DNA of 64,000 bases from Balanoglossus misakiensis (Eukaryota; Animalia; Hemichordata). Made by a program: the position numbers and the translations under genes. Within the stretch, counting starts at the first letter, position 1, and the number at the start of each line of letters is the position of its first letter. Below, piece after piece: positions 52,149-64,000 of this stretch. The DNA lies in NCBI GenBank assembly GCA_040954595.2, contig CM082577.2, positions 5,692,301-5,756,300 on the forward strand. Direction: 5' to 3'. The notes under the pieces are model-generated. The model was given only the letters and a program-made list of their open reading frames with translations, searched no databases and was not told where the DNA came from.

Positions 52149-53165
52149 TCAGTCCAATGCTTCCATCTCGGAGATTGTTTCCATGGACGCTAACGGCGTC
52201 AGCTCGATCCGGCAATGACGTAGGGCGTCTTCATAAGATGGCGGCGGCGGACATGCGTAGTCGTCATCGTCCAAATATTCATCTTCCACATATGCATTAT
52301 TTGTGACACCACCAGTGACGCTTGCAGAAGAAAAAAAGGTCTAGGTTACAACATTGTCTTCAAGTTTGTGTGATTAAAGGTCTGGCTGGCATTCGCAAAT
52401 TTGTCGAGATATTATATTTCAGGAAGATAAAGCGCCATAATTGGTTTGAATTGTACCACGACTAATGATATTCTGCGCATGATCGTGGCCAACCCGTCGA
52501 TAATAATTCCCCTCCCCGAATGACCACATTTACCGAAAAAGTTGGCTTTACTATAAAAGTCAGAGAAACCATCCTTACCAGTCCTCGTACGATGGTGGTA
52601 GGTCGCCCTCTATGGTCGTGTGACACGACGATGTGTCGTCTGCGTCTGAAGATTCGTGTCTGGTGTCTCTTTGAAGGTTTGCTCTGATTGTGGACATCCT
52701 TACCTGGGCGCCACTCCGTATCCATCCTCTGTTGATCAGATTTTTCGGCATGACGCAGGGCAGTACCACGCAAGAAACCAGGATCATGACGTACATGCTG
52801 ACGACAGCGAACATCCACACGATCCAGGGAACCTCCGCCGCCTCGACGATGAAGTAGAAGACAATCGGGCCGAGGATACCGACCGCCGTCAACACGACCC
52901 GGGGTACGAATCCCACCGGTATACGCGGTTTCTTCGCCGCCGCCGCTCCGTCGGTATTGGGCCGGCGTCGGCGGCTTCGGCGATCTTCGTACTCGCCCGC
53001 CACGAACGGGATCGAGACGTGCGCATGCTCGGACATGCGATACACCGGGCGATGAGCGTAGTGACGGCGGGCGGCACGACTCGCGGCTGTCGTTCGAATC
53101 GAGGGCGGTCTCGACGGCGGCGCCGCCGGTTCGTCGCGACTCGCATGCTGGGCGTCTGATTCCAT
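52149..53165 (-). CDS. Uncharacterised two-TM protein with two PY motifs (putative NEDD4-family adaptor), exons 53165-52579 and 52320-52149, about 252 aa
   Basis: Basic N-terminus, helices VVLTAVGILGPIVFYFIV and VPWIVWMFAVVSMYVMILVSCVVLPCV, then LPPSYED. A TG|GTAAGG donor splices in frame to a second exon C-VTGGVTNNAYVEDEYLDDDDYACPPPPSYEDAL...EALD*. An in-frame stop lies upstream of the ATG. Confidence 0.8.
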
Positions 53166-54334
53166 ATTTCAATACAATATTCCTTCCCCAGTTCCTGCAA
53201 TAAAACGGTGAGCAACACCGAAAGTGGCCATCGTCGGTGTCAGTTCTGTTCGTTACATTTTTAGTAAACTGGATCAATTTTGCATTTAACTGTACTGTTT
53301 CAACAACTAGTGTGATAAGAGAACGGTGAAATTGATCAGCGTTTAAGCTAACATCAGTGTGTTTGTTTAATAAATATTTCACTTGAAAACAGACAACTCG
53401 TGTAAACAACAGCAAGCAACGACAACCTAGGTTTGGAACCCATGATTTCAGTATACATTGTACACGGATGCTATATCTAGGTATTATTTACCTAGTCGTA
53501 TACATGTATATTTATTTTTGCCTCGACCTACATACCTATATATAACCGGAGAGAGCCCCACTTGATGTCGCAACAGTCGAAATCACACAGTATTTCGCCG
53601 CGCTGTCATTTGACATAAATATTCGCATGGCATTTTATCGAGGTTGGTCCGACTTCTTCCAATCCTTCATGTCTCAACGTTCCTTCTCTCGGGTAATACG
53701 GACTTAAATCAAGAAAATGAATCCAGACAAATTCCCCAGTCAGGCTTTTTGCGCGTTCTGCGTTTATTGACAAAATGGCCGGTGTTGGATGTTCCGTCTC
53801 TACTTGGTTACGTATTAAAAGAACCAAAATTTATCTGACCAGGTCAAAGGTGACTAACGCCTTAATCAAAGTAAGCTTTGGTTGCTGATCGGGTTTGCTG
53901 GTATTTTTTAAAAACAAAGTTCTCTAACTTTAAACTTTTGTTTGCAATGGTACCTCGTCACCCCATGCATAGTACGACGGGCACCGAATGATATTTTTAG
54001 ACATGACACAGCACACATTGCATTAATAGATGTGCTAGAATAATGACAGTAATATATTTATTATCTTGTTACTATTGCAATAAAAATAACGTTTACAAAT
54101 GCTATGTTTCAAAACTGGAAAAAATGATGTCGTTGCTTGTAGAAATCCGACTTACAATTGACGTCACGCAGCATTATCCATCAGCAAAGTTGACACACGT
54201 GACTACACTCCACAGAGGAATGGTTTATCAAAATATGTAATAATTTACGGCACTTGCCAGCAATTGTTTCATATAATGACAAGTTGAGGTTGCCGAGCTG
54301 AGGTTGTGTTGAAATCCGCGCGACGCGAGACACC

Positions 54335-57300
54335 ATGGCATCAACTGACAGATTTGGTCGTCTGCAAGACTACCATGTTTCAGAAGAATACGGATTCCTG
54401 CTACAGAATCCCTTGGTAGGTTCAGATTATCAGTCATATTTTCACGAAAACGGAGGCACACTTTCCGCGATGTAAGAACGGAACGAGTCCATGGCATGCG
54501 TTTGTTTTTACACTTGGTTTGATAAACCATTTATCGCCGTTTGGTGTACAGTGTACCCCTGACCTGGACCGAAAAAATCTAGTACCTGTCATTTCTGCAT
54601 TGGGTCTTTTCCCATTTTTTTTCTCAGACAGAGCTTCCAGATGACTTCTCTGAGTGGAATCAGATTGCACTGCACCTGGCTGATTATATCCAGGATGGAA
54701 GTATCCGGGATCGTGTTGACAAGGTGAGCATGGCGGGAGTTTCTTCAGAAATCATGATTCATCATAAATTTATCAGAGCACAGAAAAACTATTTTGTCAT
54801 CGCCACCTTTCTTTTTTGTGTACGAAACACTCTTAATCTGTGACAATATTTCGGTCCATAGACACTAAATGTATAAGTATAAAGATCCTGGTCTATTGGC
54901 TCATGTGAAAAGGCATTTTATTGACAACCATTATACGTTTCGGTTTTAGCTGCCACACATTTCTCTTCACTCACGCCATTTCAAAAATTCTTTTTATCAG
55001 ATGACCCTTGTCGACCATGAAAAATTGACGAGTCACCGCGAACTTCGACTGGCACATCTGATGTTGACGGGGATATCGGCTGCTTACGTGTGGGGAAAGG
55101 GACAGAAGAATATACCTAAGGTTTGTTTGCAAACACAATCGGCTGACCAAACAATTGCAATATTGTGACGTCCATGTATATAGGCGTCGATTGGCCAGCA
55201 GGGGACATTTTGGCTGGCATGAAACTATGATTACAGAAGATAACGCGGCGGGGACGGGAGTTTGCTTGTGCCACATGGTAAAGCACGGTGGGCGTTAGAG
55301 GTAAATGCGAATACTTACCTTTGACATGCAGTTGGGTTCTAGGGTCCACTCGTCCATCTCAACCCTTCCCTACATGCGCAAAATGTCCTGATGGCCATAT
55401 GCCACAACTTCTTGAACCTGTCCGATCAGGGGCCACCGAAGTTGGCCGCAGCTCCTATTGAAATACCCGTCGACTTGGAATGAAAGAAACAACATCGGCA
55501 ATTCTGTTCCATCTACAGGTGTTGCCCAAGTCAGTGGCTGTACCTTTGTGGCGGGTTTCGGAACGACTGGGTATAGAACCGAGCATATCCACCTGCAGCT
55601 GGACACTGGCCAACTGGAAGACAATAGACGACTCAAAACCGATGTCAGATATTTAGTTAGTCATATTTTGTATTCATCCATCATTTTTTGTCAATATATC
55701 AATTACTAACTATACTGTAAAATTGAAGAAAACTTTTGCTGTTGTGTCGCTATCGTTTATTGAATGGATATTTTGTGTTGACAGCACGCCTTGATGAAAT
55801 TTAGACATTTTACAGACTGAGACTCCTATTTTCAACAAATGCGCGTAAGCCCAGAAGCAGTTTGGTCCTGAACGAACTAAGGTGAAAGTATGAAAACACG
55901 TGAAAGTTCAATAATGTTACCTTCTGTATTTCCGTAACAGTAATCGCGACCTCATTGTGAAATTACCCGGAGGGGAAACATCCTCGTGGTTCATGGTTGT
56001 AGCACAGCAGCTGGAGATGGTGGTTGGACCTGCGCTTGGATCAGCACTAAGAGTATATATGACAACTTTTTTTTTAGATGCTACAGTTTCTGTTATACTT
56101 CTTTAACAGCGTTAACTGGATTTTTGTGTGGAACTCCACTCTATTTATGGCTGTTTACATTCGTCAAAAAGCTATTTAAACAAACTATAGTTTACATACT
56201 GATGGTGAAAAAAGTTTTCGCCAGCAATATTGACGGAAATTCAACGAGGTTTTTCGGTTATTTGAAAGGCGCACAGAATGCGACCAAATCAATCTGAAGT
56301 TATGCGTATATAAGACAGGGGCAGTATTAAAGCAGACAGAGTTTGCATTCCCCATTTTTTTCTGCCTGTATATAGCGCCTAATGGCGTTCTTCATTTGTA
56401 TCGTGGATGGATGGCAGAAACGCAACGTTGACAAGTGATTGCATGGTTGAGCAAAACTACCAAACGTAAAGGGTTGGGAATAACATTCTCTCCGACATTC
56501 GTTTTGTTTTCAGACGATACGAGATAACAATGAATTAGACCTATTGAGCACGCTGATACTAATAGAGACAACACTGAAGACGATGGATGCAAATCTGTAT
56601 AAAATACACGGTATGTATTTAATAGGGCATTAGCTGTATAACGTTTGACTTTATTTTCAGCTTTTGTGTTCTTTGTAAAACATGTAATTTCTTGTTCTGT
56701 ATGTATGTCACTGTCATTGATATCGTACATCAATAAATTTCAAAGACAAGAAAAGCTGGCGTTCCCTACTTTTTAAGTTATGGGGTCTAAAATACATGTA
56801 CTGTGGAAAATGTCTATGTCGAGTTGTTGATTTTCCAACTGTTCATTAGTCAAGAAATATTACTGAAACCACTGTCCTTTTTAAGTCTAGAAATATTTTT
56901 ACATTGTCTGCGTATCCTTTCAGAACGATGCGATGCTGATATTTGGTTCAACGTTTTCCGAATATATGTTATGGGGTAAGTACGTCAGTTCTAAAAAAAT
57001 ATCCGACTTTTATTTTGGCAATCATTGAAGAAGACAAGGCACAGTAATGCCTAAATTGCAGGTGCACGTTTTCATGTACGATTTCGTTGTATTCAAAAAC
57101 AGATAATGAATCGGCTTTCATTTGAACGTGAATTTCTGTCTTACACATATTCTGAAAATGGTTGACTTTCTCAGGTGGGACTCTACACCTTTCAGAGAAC
57201 GCGGATACGATGGTCTCATTTATGAAGGTATCAGTGGTGATCCTAAACAGGTACATGTAATTGTCATTTCTGGATGATTTTTGTCAAAAAATGACCAAAT

Positions 57301-60300
57301 TTCGAAAATTCGCAAAGTCGAAAAATTGTCATTTCTGAATGATTTTCATGAGCTATAACCCATTATTTTTGTCAAAAAATGACCAAATTTCGAAAATTCG
57401 CAAAGTCGAAAAATTGTCATTTCTGGATGATTTTCATGAGCTATAACCCATGGTTTTTTCAAAAAAATGAAGAAATTTTGATATTAAGCAAAGTCGAAAA
57501 ATTGTCATTTCTGGATGATTTTCATGAGCTATAACCCATGATTTTTTCAAAAAAATGAAGAAATTTTGATATTTCGCAAAGTCGAAAAATTGTCATTTCT
57601 GGATGATTTTCATGAGCTATAACCCATGGTTTTTTCAAAAAAAATGAAGAAATTTTAATATTTCGCAAAGTCGAAAAATTGTCATTTCTGGATGATTTTC
57701 ATGAGCTATAACCCATGGTTTTTTCAAAAAAATGAAGAAATTTTGATATTTCGCAAAGTCGAAAAATTGTCATTTCTGGATGATTTTCATGAGCTATAAC
57801 CCATGGTTTTTTCAAAAAAATGAAGAAATTTTGATATTTCGCAAAGTCGAAAAATTGTCATTTCTGGATGATTTTCATGAGCTATAACCCATGGTTTTTT
57901 CAAAAAAATGAAGAAATTTTGATATTTCGCAAAGTCGATAATTGTCATTTCTGGATGATTTTCATGAGCTATAACCCATGATTTTTTCAAAAAAATGAAG
58001 AAATTTTGATATTTCGCAAAGTCGAAAAATTGTCATTTCTGGATGATTTTCATGAGCTATAACCCATGGTTTTTTCAAAAAAATGAAGAAATTTTGATAT
58101 TTCGCAAAGTCGAAAAATTGTCATTTCTGGATGATTTTCATGAGCTATAACCCATGGTTTTTTCAAAAAAATGAAGAAATTTTGATATTTCGCAAAGTCG
58201 ATAATTGTCATTTCTGGATGATTTTCATGAGCTATAACCCATGATTTTTTCAAAAAAATGAAGAAATTTTGATATTTCGCAAAGTCGGAAAATTGTCATT
58301 TCTGGATGATTTTCATGAGCTATAACCCATGATTTTTTCAAAAAAATGAAGAAATTTTGATATTTCGCAAAGTCGAAAAATTGTCATTTCTGGATGATTT
58401 TCATGAGCTATAACCCATGATTTTTTCAAAAAAATGAAGAAATTTTGATATTTCGCAAAGTCGAAAAATTGTCATTTCTGGATGATTTTCATGAGCTATA
58501 ACCCATGATTTTTTCAAAAAAATGAAGAAATTTTAATATTTCGCAAAGTCGAAAAATTGTCATTTCTGGATGATTTTCATGAGCTATAACCCATGGTTTT
58601 TTCAAAAAAATGAAGAAATTTTGATATTTCGCAAAGTCGAAAAATTGTCATTTCTGGATGATTTTCATGAGCTATAACCCATGGTTTTTTCAAAAAAATG
58701 AAGAAATTTTGATATTTCGCAAAGTCGAAAAATTGTCATTTCTGGATGATTTTCATGAGCTATAACCCATGATTTTTTCAAAAAAATGAAGAAATTTTGA
58801 TATTTCGCAAAGTCGAAAAATTGTCATTTCTGGATGATTTTCATGAGCTATAACCCATGGTTTTTTAAAAAAATGAAGAAATTTTGATATTTCGCAAAGT
58901 CGAAAAATTGTCATTTCTGGATGATTTTCATGAGCTATAACCCATGGTTTTTTCAAAAAAATGAAGAAATTTTGATATTTCGCAAAGTCGAAAAATTGTC
59001 ATTTCTGGATGATTTTCATGAGCTATAACCCATGGTTTTTTCAAAAAAATGAAGAAATTTTGATATTTCGCAAAGTCGAAACATTGTCATTTCTGGATGA
59101 TTTTCATGAGCTATAACCCATGATTTTTTCAAAAAAATGAAGAAATTTTGATATTTCGCAAAGTCGGAAAATTGTCATTTCTGGATGATTTTCATGAGCT
59201 ATAACCCATGATTTTTTCAAAAAAATGAAGAAATTTTGATATTTCGCAAAGTCGAAAAATTGTCATTTCTGGATGATTTTCATGAGCTATAACCCATGAT
59301 TTTTTCAAAAAAATGAAGAAATTTTGATATTTCGCAAAGTCGAAAAATTGTCATTTCTGGATGATTTTCATGAGCTATAACCCATGATTTTTTCAAAAAA
59401 ATGAAGAAATTTTGATATTTCGCAAAGTCGAAAAATTGTCATTTCTGGATGATTTTCATGAGCTATAACCCATGATTTTTTCAAAAAAATGAAGAAATTT
59501 TAATATTTCGCAAAGTCGAAAAATTGTCATTTCTGGATGATTTTCATGAGCTATAACCCATGGTTTTTCAAAAAAATAAAGAAATTTTGATATTTCGCAA
59601 AGTCGAAAAATTGTCATTTCTGGATGATTTTCATGAGCTATAACCCATGGTTTTTTCAAAAAAATGAAGAAATTTTGATATTTCGCAAAGTCGAAAAATT
59701 GTCATTTCTGGATGATTTTCATGAGCTATAACCCATGGTTTTTTCAAAAAAATGAAGAAATTTTGATATTTCGCAAAGTCGAAAAATTGTCATTTCTGGA
59801 TGATTTTCATGAGCTATAACCCATGATTTTTTCAAAAAAATGAAGAAATTTTGATATTTCGCAAAGTCGAAAAATTGTCATTTCTGGATGATTTTCATGA
59901 GCTATAACCCATGGTTTTTTAAAAAAATGAAGAAATTTTGATATTTCGCAAAGTCGAAAAATTGTCATTTCTGGATGATTTTCATGAGCTATAACCCATG
60001 GTTTTTTCAAAAAAATGAAGAAATTTTGATATTTCGCAAAGTCGAAAAATTGTCATTTCTGGATGATTTTCATGAGCTATAACCCATGGTTTTTTCAAAA
60101 AAATGAAGAAATTTTGATATTTCGCAAAGTCGAAACATTGTCATTTCTGGATGATTTTCATGAGCTATAACCCATGGTTTTTTCAAAAAAATGAAGAAAT
60201 TTTGATATTTCGCAAAGTCGAAAAATTGTCATTTCTGGATGATTTTCATGAGCTATAACCCATGGTTTTTTCAAAAAAAATGAAGAAATTTTGATATTTC

Positions 60301-62819
60301 GCAAAGTCGAAAAATTGTCATTTCTGGATGATTTTCATGAGCTATAACCCATGGTTTTTTCAAAAAAATGAAGAAATTTTGATATTTCGCAAAGTCGAAA
60401 CATTGTCATTTCTGGATGATTTTCATGAGCTATAACCCATGGTTTTTTCAAAAAAATGAAGAAATTTTGATATTTCGCAAAGTCGAAAAATTGTCATTTC
60501 TGGATGATTTTCATGAGCTATAACCCATGGTTTTTTCAAAAAAATAAAGAAATTTTGGTATTTCGCAAAGTCGAAAAATTGTCATTTCTGGATGATTTTC
60601 ATGAGCTATAACCCATGGTTTTTTCAAAAAAATGAAGAAATTTTGATATTTCGCAAAGTCGAAAAATTGTCATTTCTGGATGATTTTCATGAGCTATAAC
60701 CCATGGTTTTTTCAAAAAAATGAAGAAATTTTGATATTTCGCAAAGTCGAAAAATTGTCATTTCTGGATGATTTTCATGAGCTATAACCCATGGTTTTTT
60801 CGAAAAAAATGAAGAAATTTTGATATTTCGCAAAGTCGAAAAATTTTCATTTCTGGATGATTTTCATGAGCTATAACCCATGGTTTTTTCAAAAAAATGA
60901 AGAACTTTTGATATTTCGCAAAGTCGAAAAATTGTCATTTCTGGATGATTTTCATGAGCTATAACCCATGATTTTTTCAAAAAAATGAAGAAATTTTGAT
61001 ATTTCGCAAAGTCGAAAAATTGTCATTTCTGGATGATTTTCATGAGCTATAACCCATGGTTTTTTCAAAAAAATGAAGAAATTTTGATATTTCGCAAAGT
61101 CGAAACATTGTCATTTCTGGATGATTTTCATGAGCTATAACCCATGGTTTTTTCAAAAAAATGAAGAAATTTTGATATTTCGCAAAGTCGAAAAATTGTC
61201 ATTTCTGGATGATTTTCATGAGCTATAACCCATGGTTTTTTCAAAAAAATAAAGAAATTTTGGTATTTCGCAAAGTCGAAAAATTGTCATTTCTGGATGA
61301 TTTTCATGAGCTATAACCCATGGTTTTTTCAAAAAAATGAAGAAATTTTGATATTTCGCAAAGTCGAAAAATTGTCATTTCTGGATGATTTTCATGAGCT
61401 ATAACCCATGGTTTTTTCAAAAAAATGAAGAAATTTTGATATTTCGCAAAGTCGAAAAATTGTCATTTCTGGATGATTTTCATGAGCTATAACCCATGGT
61501 TTTTTCGAAAAAAATGAAGAAATTTTGATATTTCGCAAAGTCGAAAAATTTTCATTTCTGGATGATTTTCATGAGCTATAACCCATGGTTTTTTCAAAAA
61601 AATGAAGAACTTTTGATATTTCGCAAAGTCGAAAAATTGTCATTTCTGGATGATTTTCATGAGCTATAACCCATGATTTTTTCAAAAAAATGAAGAAATT
61701 TTGATATTTCGCAAAGTCGAAAAATTGTCATTTCTGGATGATTTTCATGAGCTATAACCCATGGTTTTTTCAAAAAAATGAAGAAATTTTGATATTTCGC
61801 AAAGTCGAAACATTGTCATTTCTGGATGATTTTCATGAGCTATAACCCATGGTTTTTTCAAAAAAATGAAGAAATTTTGATATTTCGCAAAGTCGAAAAA
61901 TTGTCATTTCTGGATGATTTTCATGAGCTATAACCCATGGTTTTTTCAAAAAAATAAAGAAATTTTGGTATTTCGCAAAGTCGAAAAATTGTCATTTCTG
62001 GATGATTTTCATGAGCTATAACCCATGGTTTTTTCAAAAAAATGAAGAAATTTTGATATTTCGCAAAGTCGAAAAATTGTCATTTCTGGATGATTTTCAT
62101 GAGCTATAACCCATGGTTTTTTCAAAAAAATGAAGAAATTTTGATATTTCGCAAAGTCGAAAAATTGTCATTTCTGGATGATTTTCATGAGCTATAACCC
62201 ATGATTTTTGTCAAAAAATGACCAAATTTCGAATATTCGCAAAGTCGAAAAATTGTCATTTCTGGATGATGTTCATGAGCTATAACCCATGGTTTTTTCA
62301 AAAAAATGAAGAAATTTTGATATTTCGCAAAGTCGAAAAATTGTCATTTCTGGATGATTTTCATGAGATATAACCCATGATTTTTTCAAAAAAAATGAAG
62401 AAATTTTGAAATTTCGCAAAGTCGAAAAATTGTCATTTCTGGATGATTTTCATGAGCTATAACCCATGGTTTTTTCAAAGAAATGAAGAAATTTTGATAT
62501 TTCGCAAAGTCGAAAAATTGTCATTTCTGGATGATTTTCATGAGATATAACCCATGATTTTTTCAAAAAAAATGAAGAAATTTTGAAATTTCGCAAAGTC
62601 GAAAAATTGTCATTTCTGGATGATTTTCATGAGCTATAACCCATGGTTTTTTCAAAAAAATGAAGAAATTTTGATATTTCGCAAAGTCGAAAAATTGTCA
62701 TTTCTGGATGATTTTCATGAGCTATAACCCATGATTTTTGTCAAAAAATGACCAAATTTCGAATATTCGCAAAGTCGAAAAATTGTCATTTCTGGATGAT
62801 TTTCATGAGCTATAACCCA

Positions 62820-62894
<75 letters not shown>

Positions 62895-64000
62895 TCCTTC
62901 CCTCCCTCCCTCCTCCCTCTTACGTACACACATTATTATGACCTTCTGTGGGTACTTAGTTTGCAGGGGGTTCCGGAGCACAGACTCCTGCTATACCTGC
63001 ATTTGATGCAATACTTGGAGTTGAACATACCGGCGACAGTGGTGAGTGGCATTAAAATATATGGATGGGTTGGGTTGGGTTGGGTTGGTTGGTTAGTTTT
63101 GTTTGTTTGTATGTTTGTTTGTTTCGTTTGTTTGTTTGTTTTTGTTGGTTGGTTAGTTCGTTGGTTCATAGACCCTAGAGAAAGGGCCTATGGGTGGTTA
63201 AGCCAATGCCGTGAATTCCTTGCTTATATTTTGACCAGAGAAATTCCATGGCAAAATGAGGAAGAATATGATACCATCTCACAGGCAACTAATTAGGGAT
63301 TTGAGGAATGGGCCATCAATCAAAGATCTTGGTGAGTGAAAAAGTACAATGAATTGCTTTTATCGCGCTGGAAATCATTGTTTTCTGTTTACCAGCTTGC
63401 AGTCAAAAGACAACCATTATGTACTTTTCTTAATTTTGAATATTTGATTTTATGAATTTGTTTTTGTGAGAGAAACAGCGTCTTGATCACCCTCAAATGT
63501 TATATAGAGTTGGCGTGTGTGTTATTCTCATTACTTATATTAAAGTTATGAAACTGCAGTCTTATAAGGACGTTACAACGCCCTCACACGATATGTTCTT
63601 AGTCAATAGATCCTGTCTGACAGAAGTTAAGGAGGCGTATAATAGATGTCTCGATGCGCTGGTTGAATTCAGGTCCTGTCATCTTAGAATCACTGTCAGG
63701 TGAATTTCATATGTCTGTTGTGCTAACAACAATCTCACACCTTCAACATGGATAAGTACATCTTGATCCTTTTGTAACTGCATAAAGTATCTGTTCAAGG
63801 AAGATGGTAAAATATGCTGATCTTAACCGTGGTGATAGCTTTCCTGGCTGAGGATGGTTTGAAGCCTTGAACGTCACAGTGTATATTTCTTTCAATGACT
63901 GTCTCACATATGCGTTGATTGACCTTTATTCGCTTTCAATCACAGATTTATTACCATCCCTTCAAATCGCGCCGAAAGAAGCAAAGATGGCAAGAAAGGT
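54335..64000 (+). CDS. IDO: Indoleamine 2,3-dioxygenase family heme protein, 3'-truncated by the window (exons 54335-54415, 54628-54723, 55001-55120, 55519-55655, 55941-56052, 56514-56610, 56924-56975, 57175-57250, 62960-63041, 63239-63331, 63603-63699, 63946->64000)
   Basis: IDO motifs DYHVSEEYGFLLQNP, ELP..F..W..IA, RLAHL....AYVWG, VLP..VAVP, LANW, FRIY..GW, GLIYEG, FAGGSGAQ, FDAILGVEH, MR..M.PSHR, AYNRCLDALVEFRSCHL (proximal His). The frame is continuous over 1098 nt. The donor at 56053 is weak. Confidence 0.92.
57259..62824. repeat. 88-bp tandem satellite array, about 63 copies, filling IDO intron 8
   Basis: Consensus AATTGTCATTTCTGGATGATTTTCATGAGCTATAACCCATGGTTTTTTCAAAAAAATGAAGAAATTTTGATATTTCGCAAAGTCGAAA repeated head-to-tail with only a few variants per unit. 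Confidence 0.98.
62825..62920. repeat. (CT)n microsatellite and C/T-rich tail abutting the satellite
   Basis: Directly visible. Confidence 0.95.
63064..63165. repeat. (GGGTT)n/(GTTT)n/(GGTT)n low-complexity intronic repeat
   Basis: Directly visible in IDO intron 9. Confidence 0.8.

Noticed and set aside
52462-53415. 317-aa alternative-frame ORF over the PY-motif gene
   Set aside because: It has a non-ATG start in intronic sequence and an Arg/Gly-rich shadow-frame composition. The other frame gives coherent TM helices and PY motifs.
56053-56110. Apparent premature stop after IDO exon 5 suggesting a pseudogene
   Set aside because: Splicing at AGA|GTATAT to the acceptor at 56513 restores the frame and homology. 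The donor is weak and needs RNA-seq confirmation.
57259-62824. CRISPR-like regular array, and the repeated 67-aa ORFs (MKKPWVIAHENHPEM...)
   Set aside because: There are no unique spacers and no cas genes, and the context is a eukaryotic intron. The unit length (88) is not a multiple of 3, so the ORFs are by-products.

Overview
Eukaryotic, intron-rich, AT-rich animal DNA. A marine invertebrate, probably a deuterostome, is my inference; the species cannot be read from the sequence. I reconstructed nine protein-coding genes by hand from GT-AG splice sites and reading-frame continuity: (1) 3' end of an unknown single-pass membrane protein ending in a PDZ-type tail, (2) ADSL with 10 exons, (3) an ankyrin-repeat/SOCS-box gene with an intronless CDS, (4) TSC2/tuberin with 33 coding exons, (5) a secreted collagen-C1q gene nested antisense in TSC2 intron 12, (6,7) two tandem, highly diverged MOLO-1/TPM-like genes with identical intron phases and two TM helices each, (8) a convergent two-TM protein with two PPxY motifs, and (9) an IDO-family heme dioxygenase with a remodelled active-site pocket, truncated by the window end, one of whose introns is almost entirely a 5.6-kb 88-bp satellite. 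Also present: a 5S rRNA-derived fragment, a TTAA-flanked Kolobok-type MITE family and several microsatellites. The most novel-looking elements are the MOLO-1-like pair plus PY-motif neighbour, the divergent IDO and the nested C1q gene. All homology calls rest on motifs recalled from known proteins; no database searches were run.
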